A stretch of 64,000 bases of DNA, taken from Fervidobacterium sp. (GTDB lineage Bacteria; Thermotogota; Thermotogae; Thermotogales; Fervidobacteriaceae). Below, piece by piece: positions 50,395-59,362 of the stretch. Below the pieces are notes generated by a model. The model ran no database searches and was not told the DNA's origin. It saw only the letters and a program-made list of their open reading frames with translations. A program made the position numbers and the translations under genes. The stretch covers positions 576,001 through 640,000 of the forward strand of contig JBMFNR010000001.1 in the NCBI GenBank assembly GCA_049970055.1. The letters are read 5' to 3'. Numbering within the stretch: the stretch's first letter is position 1; every line of letters starts with the position of its first letter.

Positions 50395-50664
50395 CTAGAT
50401 TTCCAACTTCATATACTTTGCTTGAACACCTTCAATCTTGTTCAGTTTTTCACATAGTTCTTCGTGTTTTGATTCATCGTCTACGAGTTCCAAGATAATA
50501 AGGCCTACTGGTGAACAGTATTCGCCAGCACCTTCGTGAAGCCCAAGTCTTGTTTTAATGTAGCATCCGTACTCTGTTAAGAGTTTTTGTACTTCAACGG
50601 CAGCTTTTTCTCTTTTGTCAACCAAGACAGCCATAACGGTTCTTACTGTGATATCCTTTGCCAT
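50395..50664 (-). CDS. Second TM1266/NikR-C-like small protein
   Basis: VLVDKR...VQKLLTEYGCYIKTRLGLHE...C...GLIILE; ATG 50664 after a G-rich RBS. Confidence 0.75.
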   Translation of the reverse strand: MAKDITVRTVMAVLVDKREKAAVEVQKLLTEYGCYIKTRLGLHEGAGEYCSPVGLIILELVDDESKHEELCEKLNKIEGVQAKYMKLEI

Positions 50665-50815
50665 AATCCACCCCCCTTTCCATGTACAACAGCACACACT
50701 ATGATTATACCAAAATTAATCCCACTACGTCAAACTTTTCACAAGAAGAAACTAGGTGTGGTTAAGGTATAATCGATGAAATACGTGTTATAATTTCTTA
50801 ATAGGTAGTTAGATA

Positions 50816-51580
50816 ATGATTTGGAGTGATGATGTGAAAAAAAGTTTTAGCTATCTTTTAGGTTTGGTACTCATATTTTTAATTTGGCATTTTGTATCGC
50901 ATGTTATTAATTCCAAATTTATTTTGCCAAGCCCATACGTCGTTCTATCAACGATAGTCAAGGAAATTGGGAAATCTCTCTTATGGATAAGTCTTATTCA
51001 GACGCTTTCAAAAGTATTTGTGGTATTATTTCTGGTTGTTTTTTTCGGCGTTTTTATAGGTTTTGTAATAGGAATTAATAAAGTATTGTTTGATATCTTT
51101 AGACCTTTTATTTTATTTATCCAGGCGTTCCCTATAGTAACTTGGCTTGCGCTTATAATGTTTATCTGGGGGATTGGTTGGATGGGACCTGTTGTTGTCA
51201 GTTTTCTATCGTTATTACCTTACGCCATTTTATCAACGGCAGTTGGTATTCAAACAACTGATGTTAGACTGATTGAAATGGCAAAGTTGTATAATGTTAG
51301 GAAAGCAAAGGTGATAAAAGATATATATCTTGGCTCTATACTTCCTCAGTTTGTTAGTACGCTCCAGGTAGTTATAGGTAATATTTGGAAAGTTGTAGTT
51401 GTAGCTGAATATATGTGTGGAGATAAGGGTGTTGGTGTACAGATAGCGTGGGCAAGGCAATCGGTATCTGTAGAAAAAGTTTATGCGTACACGATAATAA
51501 TAATTGCAATTGGATTATCAGTTGAGAACATTATCAACCGCTTTTCAAGAAAGGCCATTGAAAAGTGGAGTGTAAGTTAA
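50816..51580 (+). CDS. NitT/TauT-type ABC permease
   Basis: LPSP, EAA-like LIEMAKLY, WKVVVVAE. The start may be GTG 50834. Confidence 0.9.
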   Translation: MIWSDDVKKSFSYLLGLVLIFLIWHFVSHVINSKFILPSPYVVLSTIVKEIGKSLLWISLIQTLSKVFVVLFLVVFFGVFIGFVIGINKVLFDIFRPFILFIQAFPIVTWLALIMFIWGIGWMGPVVVSFLSLLPYAILSTAVGIQTTDVRLIEMAKLYNVRKAKVIKDIYLGSILPQFVSTLQVVIGNIWKVVVVAEYMCGDKGVGVQIAWARQSVSVEKVYAYTIIIIAIGLSVENIINRFSRKAIEKWSVS

Positions 51581-51613
51581 TCTAAGCTTGCTCTTAATGT
51601 GAGGTGCGATTAG

Positions 51614-52315
51614 TTGGAATTTGTGTTGAAAGTTGAAAATCTTAGTAAATCTTTTGGAAAATTGAGAGTGATAAAAGATATAAGTTTTACTCTTAACGTA
51701 GGTGAAGCCGTTGCTTTTTTGGGACCTTCTGGCTGTGGTAAGACTTCTATGCTTCGCATTATAGCAGGTCTGGATAAGAATTATGCTGGGAATTTAGAGA
51801 AAAATTATTCGAAAGCTGGTTATGTTTTTCAAGAACCAAGACTTATCCCTTGGAAAAGTGTTGAAGAGAATCTATATTTTGTGTGCGAAGATAGAAAAAA
51901 GATTATGGAAATACTAAAAAGTTTAAATATTGAAGAATTCACGGATTATCTACCTTCGAAGCTTAGTGGAGGAATGAGGCAGCGAGTCAACCTTGCACGA
52001 GCTTTGGTCGTAGAACCTGACATCCTATTTCTTGATGAACCGTTTGCTTCCCTCGATGTACACACTAAGATAGGAATAATAAACGATTTAAATGAGAAAA
52101 GGAAAGTGTTTAGATACTCCATGTTAGTTGTAACACATGACATACGAGAAGCATTACTTTTAGCTGACAGAATAATTCTTTTAAGTGATAAACCAAGTAC
52201 AGTATTGAAGGAGTTCTATGTATCCGATGTGCCGAAGGATATAAAAAGTGCAAAATTTCAAAAAGTTGAATCAGATATACTTTCAGAACTTATAAGGAGG
52301 TGGAGTGCATTATGA
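51614..52315 (+). CDS. NitT/TauT-type ABC ATP-binding protein
   Basis: GPSGCGKT, FQEPRLIPW, LSGGM, DEPFASLD. Confidence 0.92.
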   Translation: MEFVLKVENLSKSFGKLRVIKDISFTLNVGEAVAFLGPSGCGKTSMLRIIAGLDKNYAGNLEKNYSKAGYVFQEPRLIPWKSVEENLYFVCEDRKKIMEILKSLNIEEFTDYLPSKLSGGMRQRVNLARALVVEPDILFLDEPFASLDVHTKIGIINDLNEKRKVFRYSMLVVTHDIREALLLADRIILLSDKPSTVLKEFYVSDVPKDIKSAKFQKVESDILSELIRRWSAL

Positions 52316-53232
52316 AAAGGTTAGTATTTCTTGCAATGATTCTTTTGTGTGTTTGGATCTACGCGGTCACTTTCATTAATCCATTTGGACCTACCATATT
52401 TCCTATTGCGGGTTTGATATCCAGAGAGGTTAAAACAGATATGGCTTTAGATATTAAGTTTTGGAAAACGATGGATGAAGCTACTGCGTATATTGTTCCA
52501 AGGAAAGTGAATTTTGCGGCACTTCCTGTAGCTTTTGGTGCAAATCTTTACACAAAGGGAATAGATGTCAGACTCGTTGGTGTCTACAGTTGGAGATTAT
52601 TCTATGTTGTTGCAAGTTCTGATTTTGAGTTCAAAGGATTCCAAAGCTTAAAAGGAGAGAAGGTTTACACAGCTCATGGTAGAGGTCAAACAGCTGATGT
52701 TGTGCTGCGCTATCTACTTATTAAAAACGGGATCGAACCAGATAAGGATGTTACATTCTCTTATGCACAACCACAAGAGATCGTCTCACTTTTCAACAGT
52801 GGGAAGATAAAGATTGCCGCTCTTCCGGAGCCTTTTGTTACCATGACTCTCTCAAAAGGAAAGATAGTATTAGATTTACAAGACGAATGGAACAAAGCAA
52901 GTGGAATGAAGTATGGAATACCGATTACTGGAATTTTCGTTACCGGTAAACTTTTAGATTACGCAGGTACAGTAAAATTATTCGAAAAATCATTTATGAA
53001 AAGCCTAAGTTGGGCTTACGCGAATGTTGACAAAGCTGTTGAAATTACGAGCAAGCAGCTTGGAATTCCAGCGAACGTGCTGAGGAATTCTCTTGATAGA
53101 AGTCAGTATAACTACATTTCTGTGAGAGATTGTAAAGATGAAGTTTTGAATTATCTTAAAAAGCTTAATGAGCTTTATCCAGATGGCATGCCCAAAGTAC
53201 CTGATGATAATTTCTTCTATCAGGCTAAATAG
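52312..53232 (+). CDS. NitT/TauT (SsuA/THI5-like) ABC substrate-binding protein
   Basis: Signal peptide, AALPEPFVT, LDLQDEW; ATG 52312 couples to the ATPase stop. Confidence 0.85.
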   Translation: MKRLVFLAMILLCVWIYAVTFINPFGPTIFPIAGLISREVKTDMALDIKFWKTMDEATAYIVPRKVNFAALPVAFGANLYTKGIDVRLVGVYSWRLFYVVASSDFEFKGFQSLKGEKVYTAHGRGQTADVVLRYLLIKNGIEPDKDVTFSYAQPQEIVSLFNSGKIKIAALPEPFVTMTLSKGKIVLDLQDEWNKASGMKYGIPITGIFVTGKLLDYAGTVKLFEKSFMKSLSWAYANVDKAVEITSKQLGIPANVLRNSLDRSQYNYISVRDCKDEVLNYLKKLNELYPDGMPKVPDDNFFYQAK

Positions 53233-53268
53233 CAGGCTTTCTAAATACTTTATGAAAGGGTGAATTAA

Positions 53269-54480
53269 GTGCTACCCACGAGTGGTTTCAGAAAATATAT
53301 ATCTATCGTAGGGCGAAGAAATGTTGGAAAATCATCTTTTATGAACTCCCTTACTGGTCAAGAAACATCTATAGTCAGTGATACGCCAGGTACAACAACA
53401 GATCCCGTCCAAAAATCTATGGAACTTTACCCGCTAGGTCCCATCACTTTAATTGATACACCTGGACTTGACGATGTAGGTGAGCTTGGAGAAAAGCGTG
53501 TTCAAAAAGCGTTAAAAGCATTTTATAAATCTGATGGAGGAATACTTGTCGTTGACGACTTCCCAGGACAGTACGAAGAGCAAATTAGAAGAATATTCAG
53601 TGAACTTGAGATACCATTCATTGTAGTTGTAAATAAGGCAGATATACTTGGAGCGAAAGCGAACGAAATAGCTCAAAAGTATAAAGAAAGATTTTCAGTT
53701 CCTGTGTTCATCGTAAGTGCTCTCAATCGATTTGGTTTTGAACAAATAAGCAAAGTTCTGAATGAGATAATACCAAATGACGAAGAAATTCCGTTTATAC
53801 CTGATTTTGTTGATGGTGGAGACATTGTTGTACTTGTTGTACCAATTGATCTTGGTGCACCAAAAGGAAGATTGATCATGCCACAAGTACATGCGATAAG
53901 AGAAGTACTTGACAGAGAAGCGGTGGCTATTGTTACAAAGGAAAGAGAGCTTAGGTATACACTTGAAAGGCTTAATGAAAAGCCCAAATTAGTTATAACG
54001 GATTCCCAAGCAGTTATGAAAGTTGCGTCGGATGTACCAGAAGATGTTTATCTGACAACATTTTCAATATTGGAAGCACGTTACCGTGGCGATATACACT
54101 ACTTTGTAGAAAGTGTGTACAAAATAGAGGATCTGAAAGATGGTGACACGGTAATTATTATGGAAGGATGCACGCATAGACCGTTGACGGAAGATATCGG
54201 TAGAGTAAAGATTCCGAGGTGGCTTGTGAACCACACTGGTGCGAATGTTAATTTTAAGATATGGGCCGGAGTTGATATGCCAGATTACGAAGAAGTAGCG
54301 GATGCAAAGTTAGTAATTCATTGTGGTGGATGTGTTAATACGAGAAATCAAATCATGAGAAGAGTACGAATGTTCAAAAGATTAGGCATCCCTATGACTA
54401 ATTATGGCATAGTTATTTCTTACATGCATGGTGTACTTGAAAGAGTATTGAAACCTCTGGGAATTAGTGTTGAGATTTAA
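53269..54480 (+). CDS. hydF: [FeFe]-hydrogenase maturase GTPase HydF
   Basis: [36 protein letters not shown]. Confidence 0.97.
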   Translation: MLPTSGFRKYISIVGRRNVGKSSFMNSLTGQETSIVSDTPGTTTDPVQKSMELYPLGPITLIDTPGLDDVGELGEKRVQKALKAFYKSDGGILVVDDFPGQYEEQIRRIFSELEIPFIVVVNKADILGAKANEIAQKYKERFSVPVFIVSALNRFGFEQISKVLNEIIPNDEEIPFIPDFVDGGDIVVLVVPIDLGAPKGRLIMPQVHAIREVLDREAVAIVTKERELRYTLERLNEKPKLVITDSQAVMKVASDVPEDVYLTTFSILEARYRGDIHYFVESVYKIEDLKDGDTVIIMEGCTHRPLTEDIGRVKIPRWLVNHTGANVNFKIWAGVDMPDYEEVADAKLVIHCGGCVNTRNQIMRRVRMFKRLGIPMTNYGIVISYMHGVLERVLKPLGISVEI

Positions 54481-54493
54481 ACGGAGGTATGCG

Positions 54494-55873
54494 ATGGACA
54501 AACGAGTAGAGAAAGATTACCTGGGTGAAATGGAGATACCTTCAGAAGCTTATTATGGCATTGCCACAAAAAGGGCCCTTGGACTATTTCCACCAACTGG
54601 TGAACAGTTTGACGAAAAATTTATATGGGCATACTTTATGGTCAAGAAAGCTGCAGCTTTTCTAAATGGGCAGTTAGGATACCTGAGTCCAGAAATTTCA
54701 AATGCTATTCAACAAGCTTGTGATGAGTGGGAAGAAATGAAAAAGTACATAGTAGTTGATCCATTGTGTGGCGGTGCCGGTACATCTGTAAATTTGAATA
54801 TAAATGAAGTAATTGCGAATAAAGCTACGCAATTACTTGGTGGATTGAAAGGTCAATACATCGTAGATCCTTATGATCACGTTAATCTTCATCAATCTAC
54901 GAATGACACATTTGTCACAGCAGGTAAAATAGCAGTTATTGTTAGACTTCGAGAACTAGTTGACGCAGTTATAAAGCTACAGGAAGCGATACAAGAAAAA
55001 GAAAAAGAATACTACTCAGTACGTACTATAGCAAGAACACAACTCATGGATGCTGTTCCTATTCTCATGGGACAACAATTTGGTGCGTGGGCGGATGCAC
55101 TGGCGAGAGATAGATGGCGATTAAACAAAGTTGAAGAACGTATAAGAAGTGTCAACATAGGTGGAACCGCTGTTGGAACGGGAATAGGTGTTCCAAAAGA
55201 GTACATCTTGAAAATCGTAGACGTATTAAGACAAACAGCGAATGTTAAAATTGCAAAAGCGGAGAATTTGATTGATGCCACGCAAAACCTCGATGTATTT
55301 TCCGAAGTCCAAGGTTTGCTTAAAGCATTAGCTGTGAACTTATACAAAATAGCCAACGATATAAGACTACTTGGTAGTGGTCCAAATACTGCGATCGGTG
55401 AATTTGAACTACCAAAAGTACAAGTAGGAAGCTCCATAATGCCAGGAAAAGTTAATCCAGTTGTCCCAGAATACGTCATGCAAATCGCATTGGTAGTATT
55501 TGGACATGACGAAATTGTTTCTCATGCTTGCGCTCAAGGCAATCTACAACTTAACCAATTTGCACCTGTGATAGTACATTACACATTAAAATCTCACACA
55601 CTTTTAACAAATGCTTGCAGAACTCTAACAGACTACATATATAAGCTAAAGGTAAATAAGAATATTTGTCAAGAGCACTTGAGGAAATCGTCGGCAAACC
55701 TAACACCACTTATAAATTACTTTGGGTACGAAAAAGTTGCCAATGCAGTTGTAAAATCGAACTGGGACATTAATAAAACATTAGAGATGCTTGCAAATGA
55801 AGAAGGAATTTCTGTTGAAGAGCTTCTAAAAAAATTGAACTTAAACAAAATGGTTGGACTTGGATATCACTGA
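54494..55873 (+). CDS. aspA: Aspartate ammonia-lyase (fumarase/aspartase family)
   Basis: GGAGTS.N.N.NEV, QSTND, GSSIMPGKVNPV; ATG 54494 after GGAGG. Confidence 0.85.
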   Translation: MDKRVEKDYLGEMEIPSEAYYGIATKRALGLFPPTGEQFDEKFIWAYFMVKKAAAFLNGQLGYLSPEISNAIQQACDEWEEMKKYIVVDPLCGGAGTSVNLNINEVIANKATQLLGGLKGQYIVDPYDHVNLHQSTNDTFVTAGKIAVIVRLRELVDAVIKLQEAIQEKEKEYYSVRTIARTQLMDAVPILMGQQFGAWADALARDRWRLNKVEERIRSVNIGGTAVGTGIGVPKEYILKIVDVLRQTANVKIAKAENLIDATQNLDVFSEVQGLLKALAVNLYKIANDIRLLGSGPNTAIGEFELPKVQVGSSIMPGKVNPVVPEYVMQIALVVFGHDEIVSHACAQGNLQLNQFAPVIVHYTLKSHTLLTNACRTLTDYIYKLKVNKNICQEHLRKSSANLTPLINYFGYEKVANAVVKSNWDINKTLEMLANEEGISVEELLKKLNLNKMVGLGYH

Positions 55874-55890
55874 ACATTAATAAAAATTCG

Positions 55891-55930
55891 CTAAACATCA
55901 CTAAGCATGACTATGCATCACTAAATTCAT
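55891..55930. repeat. Four imperfect 10-bp tandem repeats between convergent genes
   Basis: ctaaacatca ctaagcatga ctatgcatca ctaaattcat. Confidence 0.55.
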
Positions 55931-58029
55931 TACATACATCTGTACTTCACTTCGTTGGGTTTAAGTACTTCATGAAAAATTTTTTCTCCAACTTTCAGTG
56001 CTATGCTTTTCTTGTAACTGTCTGTGTTCATAACTAACACAGACTTTCCGTCTTTTATCAAGAAGGGATACGTTCCCACAACATCTTTACTTTCACCAAT
56101 AACTTCACATTTAGGATTAGTACCCAGGATAAATAATAACTCTTTGAAGAGTTTGTAATGACAATTATAATGAGCTGATAGAATCATCGCATTTCTGTCT
56201 TTTAGATAAGCTGAACAAATGCTATTGCTTTGTGTAACTTCAGCAATTGGTAAAAAATCTCCAACCGGCATTATTTCGCGAGCCCAGAAAGTGCGAAACT
56301 CCGGAAATTTTGGAAGATTTGATGCGTAAGATGGTGAAATTGAGGGAAAAAAACCATGTGAGGCAACAAATTCTCTGCCGGGTTTCACAGAAAGGTAATC
56401 AACTAAAATTGTGCATCGCTGACCATACTCATTATAAATTGGCAAATCACCATACAATATTGTCTTTCCACCAGCTGATATGAAATCCGCTATTTTCTTT
56501 TGTAATTTGCATGAAAGGTACTTAGCTGTAGGAACAATCAAAATTTTATGCATATCAGGTGTATTATTTTCTATATCAACAAAGTTATACCTATAGCCTG
56601 ATATTAGAAGTCCTTTAAGAAAGCTATCCCAGAAGTTGTATCCCCTATGTGTTTCCAAATTAACCTTCTTTGATACATCTTTGTAAAAGTACTCTGTATT
56701 GTAATATTCCTTGACAAAAGCAACTGAAACATCATCATATTCAATTTCAGTATTATTATTGTTTTTAATCACACTTTGCACTACTTTATTACCGATTTTC
56801 AAATAATGATACGAGTAATCCTTCTCTCCATCTGGTGATAAAGGGGCAGCGAAGCCATGCCTTTCCCCGGTGAATCCTATCCTACTGTTACCGTCATGTA
56901 TACTTATGTCAAGCTTTGGATTTATACCACCTGAAAATAGATAATAATTGATTAATCTATTTCCTTGCAATACGGATAACAACGTTTTGTAGATTATGCT
57001 GTGAGGATGAATTCTCTCGCTGTAATCATCCCCATAATTACCATTTCCGCATTCGAATTCCATGGAACCGTAAATTTTACCAATTGCAGTGGATTTTACA
57101 ACTTCATTGATATTCCACAAATCGTGAAAATTCTTTATCGAAAGTGTTCCAATATATATGTCGGTGGTTGGAATGATATCTGGCTCACGAAATGTGTCGT
57201 AAAGCTGTGACACACCTATTGGAAAGTTGTGTGCTCGCCCACCACTAGTTCCATGAATATTAATTATAAATGGGACATCGATACCGAGCTCTAAAAAAAT
57301 ACTTTTGAGATTCTTCACATATTGCGCAAATTCGTATCGTGAAAATTTTGAGTAATCAACTATAAATTGTTCACGAAAATCCCCTTCAGGACTTCTTAGT
57401 TTTTCAAACACATCAGGGCACTTTTTTAGCTCAAAACTGTATTCCTTACTCTTGTTTCTACGCAAAATCCAGTCTACAAATCTTGACAAAGTAAAATCAG
57501 AAAGATCTGGAGAGTTAGTGACCCACTGTAGCATACCAATTTCGTTATCCAGTTGTATGGCAATAATGTTCCCACCATTGGTAATCAAATATTTGACAAC
57601 GATCTGCGCAATTTTAGAATACCAGCGTTTTACCTCATTTAGGAAATCTGGATGGTTGTAAATAACTGTCGCATTTTCAACCATTTTTCCATCCCAAGTC
57701 TTTGGCTTTATGTGTGGATATTTTTCGTAAATCCAGTACGGGATTCCTTCATTTTTCAGTTCTGCCATAACAAATGGACCTGGCCGTATAATAAAGTAAA
57801 GATTATGCTTTTGAACAAGCCGAATGAATTTTTCTAGGTTGTACCAACCTTTGAAGTTATAAAGATTTTCTTTTTGCTCGTGGACAAGCCAAGGAATATA
57901 TGAAGAGATCGTATTGCAACCAGCTTTTTTTGCGTCTAAAATTCGATCTTCCCAGACGTATGGTGGCAATCTGAAGTAATGAATTTCAGCAGAAATCAAT
58001 AACTTTTCGAAGATTTTTGTTGAATTCAT
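55930..58029 (-). CDS. GH35-family glycosidase/transglycosylase
   Basis: SAEIHYFR, YIPW..HE, RPGP, QLDNE (acid/base), SMEF (nucleophile). Confidence 0.88.
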   Translation of the reverse strand: MNSTKIFEKLLISAEIHYFRLPPYVWEDRILDAKKAGCNTISSYIPWLVHEQKENLYNFKGWYNLEKFIRLVQKHNLYFIIRPGPFVMAELKNEGIPYWIYEKYPHIKPKTWDGKMVENATVIYNHPDFLNEVKRWYSKIAQIVVKYLITNGGNIIAIQLDNEIGMLQWVTNSPDLSDFTLSRFVDWILRRNKSKEYSFELKKCPDVFEKLRSPEGDFREQFIVDYSKFSRYEFAQYVKNLKSIFLELGIDVPFIINIHGTSGGRAHNFPIGVSQLYDTFREPDIIPTTDIYIGTLSIKNFHDLWNINEVVKSTAIGKIYGSMEFECGNGNYGDDYSERIHPHSIIYKTLLSVLQGNRLINYYLFSGGINPKLDISIHDGNSRIGFTGERHGFAAPLSPDGEKDYSYHYLKIGNKVVQSVIKNNNNTEIEYDDVSVAFVKEYYNTEYFYKDVSKKVNLETHRGYNFWDSFLKGLLISGYRYNFVDIENNTPDMHKILIVPTAKYLSCKLQKKIADFISAGGKTILYGDLPIYNEYGQRCTILVDYLSVKPGREFVASHGFFPSISPSYASNLPKFPEFRTFWAREIMPVGDFLPIAEVTQSNSICSAYLKDRNAMILSAHYNCHYKLFKELLFILGTNPKCEVIGESKDVVGTYPFLIKDGKSVLVMNTDSYKKSIALKVGEKIFHEVLKPNEVKYRCM

Positions 58030-58077
58030 AAGAATTCCTCCCCGATTTTAATTTGCAGATGTTATTCGAATGTATTA

Positions 58078-58147
58078 TATACCGTTTCAATCAAATTTCA
58101 TATGAAAATTCAGAAACTCTTGTGGTAAAATTTATTGAAACGATTCG
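58078..58147. promoter_or_regulatory. Two LacI-type operator candidates in the divergent promoter region
   Basis: TATACCGTTTCA (58078-58089) and TGAAACGATTCG (58136-58147) resemble the perfect palindrome at 59320. Confidence 0.6.
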
Positions 58148-58187
58148 ACAATAAACCAAAAAAACTTGTTTCGGGAGGGTAAAGCAC

Positions 58188-59189
58188 ATGGCAACCATAA
58201 AAGATGTTGCAAAAAAGGCTGGTGTTTCAGTGTCAACCGTGTCGTATGTTTTAAACAACACCGGAAAGATCAGTCAGAAAACGAAGGAAAAGGTTTTGCA
58301 GGCTGCTGCGGAATTAAATTACATCCCAAATACCTTTGCAAAAAGACTTAAAAAACAACAGTACGATCTTGTTGCTCTAATTGTTCACGAGATTAAAGGC
58401 CCTTTTTATGATGCGCTTGTGAGAGGTGTGCAGGACGTTTTACATTCTTTTGGTTACAATTTACTGATCTACTGTACACTTGAAAATAGAAAAGAAGACG
58501 TTGATAAATTTTTAAGAACAGGTATAGTTGGTGGTTTCTTAGTCCTGACGCCTGCTGTAAAAAACGAGAATTTGCTTAAATGGGCAAATGAGTTTAAGAT
58601 AGTTACACTTGATCGAACATTGAAAGATCCTCGCATAAAAAGCGTACGTATAAACAATGAAAAAGGTGCTTACGAAGTTGTTAAATATTTATACAGTTTC
58701 GGTCATAGAATAATCGGATTTGTGAAAGGTTCCTCAGACTCATTAGATGCAAGAGAAAGATTCAGAGGATTTAGCATGGCAATGAATGAGTTAAAGCTTG
58801 AAATTGATGAGAAATACATTTTGGAAGGCGATTTCACGGAAGAATCAGGGTACGAAGCCATTAGAAATTTTCTAAAAAAACATGGAAAAAAACAACTTCC
58901 AACGGCTTTCTTTTGTGCAAATGATGAGATGGCAATTGGTGCACTGAAAGCATTTAAAGAATACGGTATCACTGTACCGGATGATATTTCAATCGTGGGA
59001 TTTGACGATATAGAGCTATCCTCGTATGTTCATCCGACACTTACTACTGTGCGAAGACCTATGTATCAACTTGGTTCTATAGCCGCTCATATGCTTTTAA
59101 GCTTAATGGCTGATAAAGAAGAAGGATTATCAAATGTCGTGCTAGATGTTGAACTTGTTCCAAGGGAGTCTACAAAGAAATTGGAATGA
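58188..59189 (+). CDS. LacI-family transcriptional regulator
   Basis: TIKDVAKKAGVSVSTVS, NDEMAIG, VGFDD, PTLTTV. Confidence 0.96.
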   Translation: MATIKDVAKKAGVSVSTVSYVLNNTGKISQKTKEKVLQAAAELNYIPNTFAKRLKKQQYDLVALIVHEIKGPFYDALVRGVQDVLHSFGYNLLIYCTLENRKEDVDKFLRTGIVGGFLVLTPAVKNENLLKWANEFKIVTLDRTLKDPRIKSVRINNEKGAYEVVKYLYSFGHRIIGFVKGSSDSLDARERFRGFSMAMNELKLEIDEKYILEGDFTEESGYEAIRNFLKKHGKKQLPTAFFCANDEMAIGALKAFKEYGITVPDDISIVGFDDIELSSYVHPTLTTVRRPMYQLGSIAAHMLLSLMADKEEGLSNVVLDVELVPRESTKKLE

Positions 59190-59319
59190 TTTTGGAAGTA
59201 ATTTAAAGTATTGTCAAGTTTGATGGCAAAGTTCGCTGTTTTTTGCAATAATAAAAGACTTTTCAGCCAATATTGGTATTTCGTTTTACTATACTCTTTG
59301 TGGTACCATTGAACAAAAG

Positions 59320-59331
59320 TGAAACGTTTCA
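59320..59331. promoter_or_regulatory. LacI-type operator
   Basis: Perfect palindrome TGAAACGTTTCA just upstream of the GH35-GH94 operon. Confidence 0.75.
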
Positions 59332-59362
59332 ATACACTTTCACTTTAATAGTTGGTTAAAGA

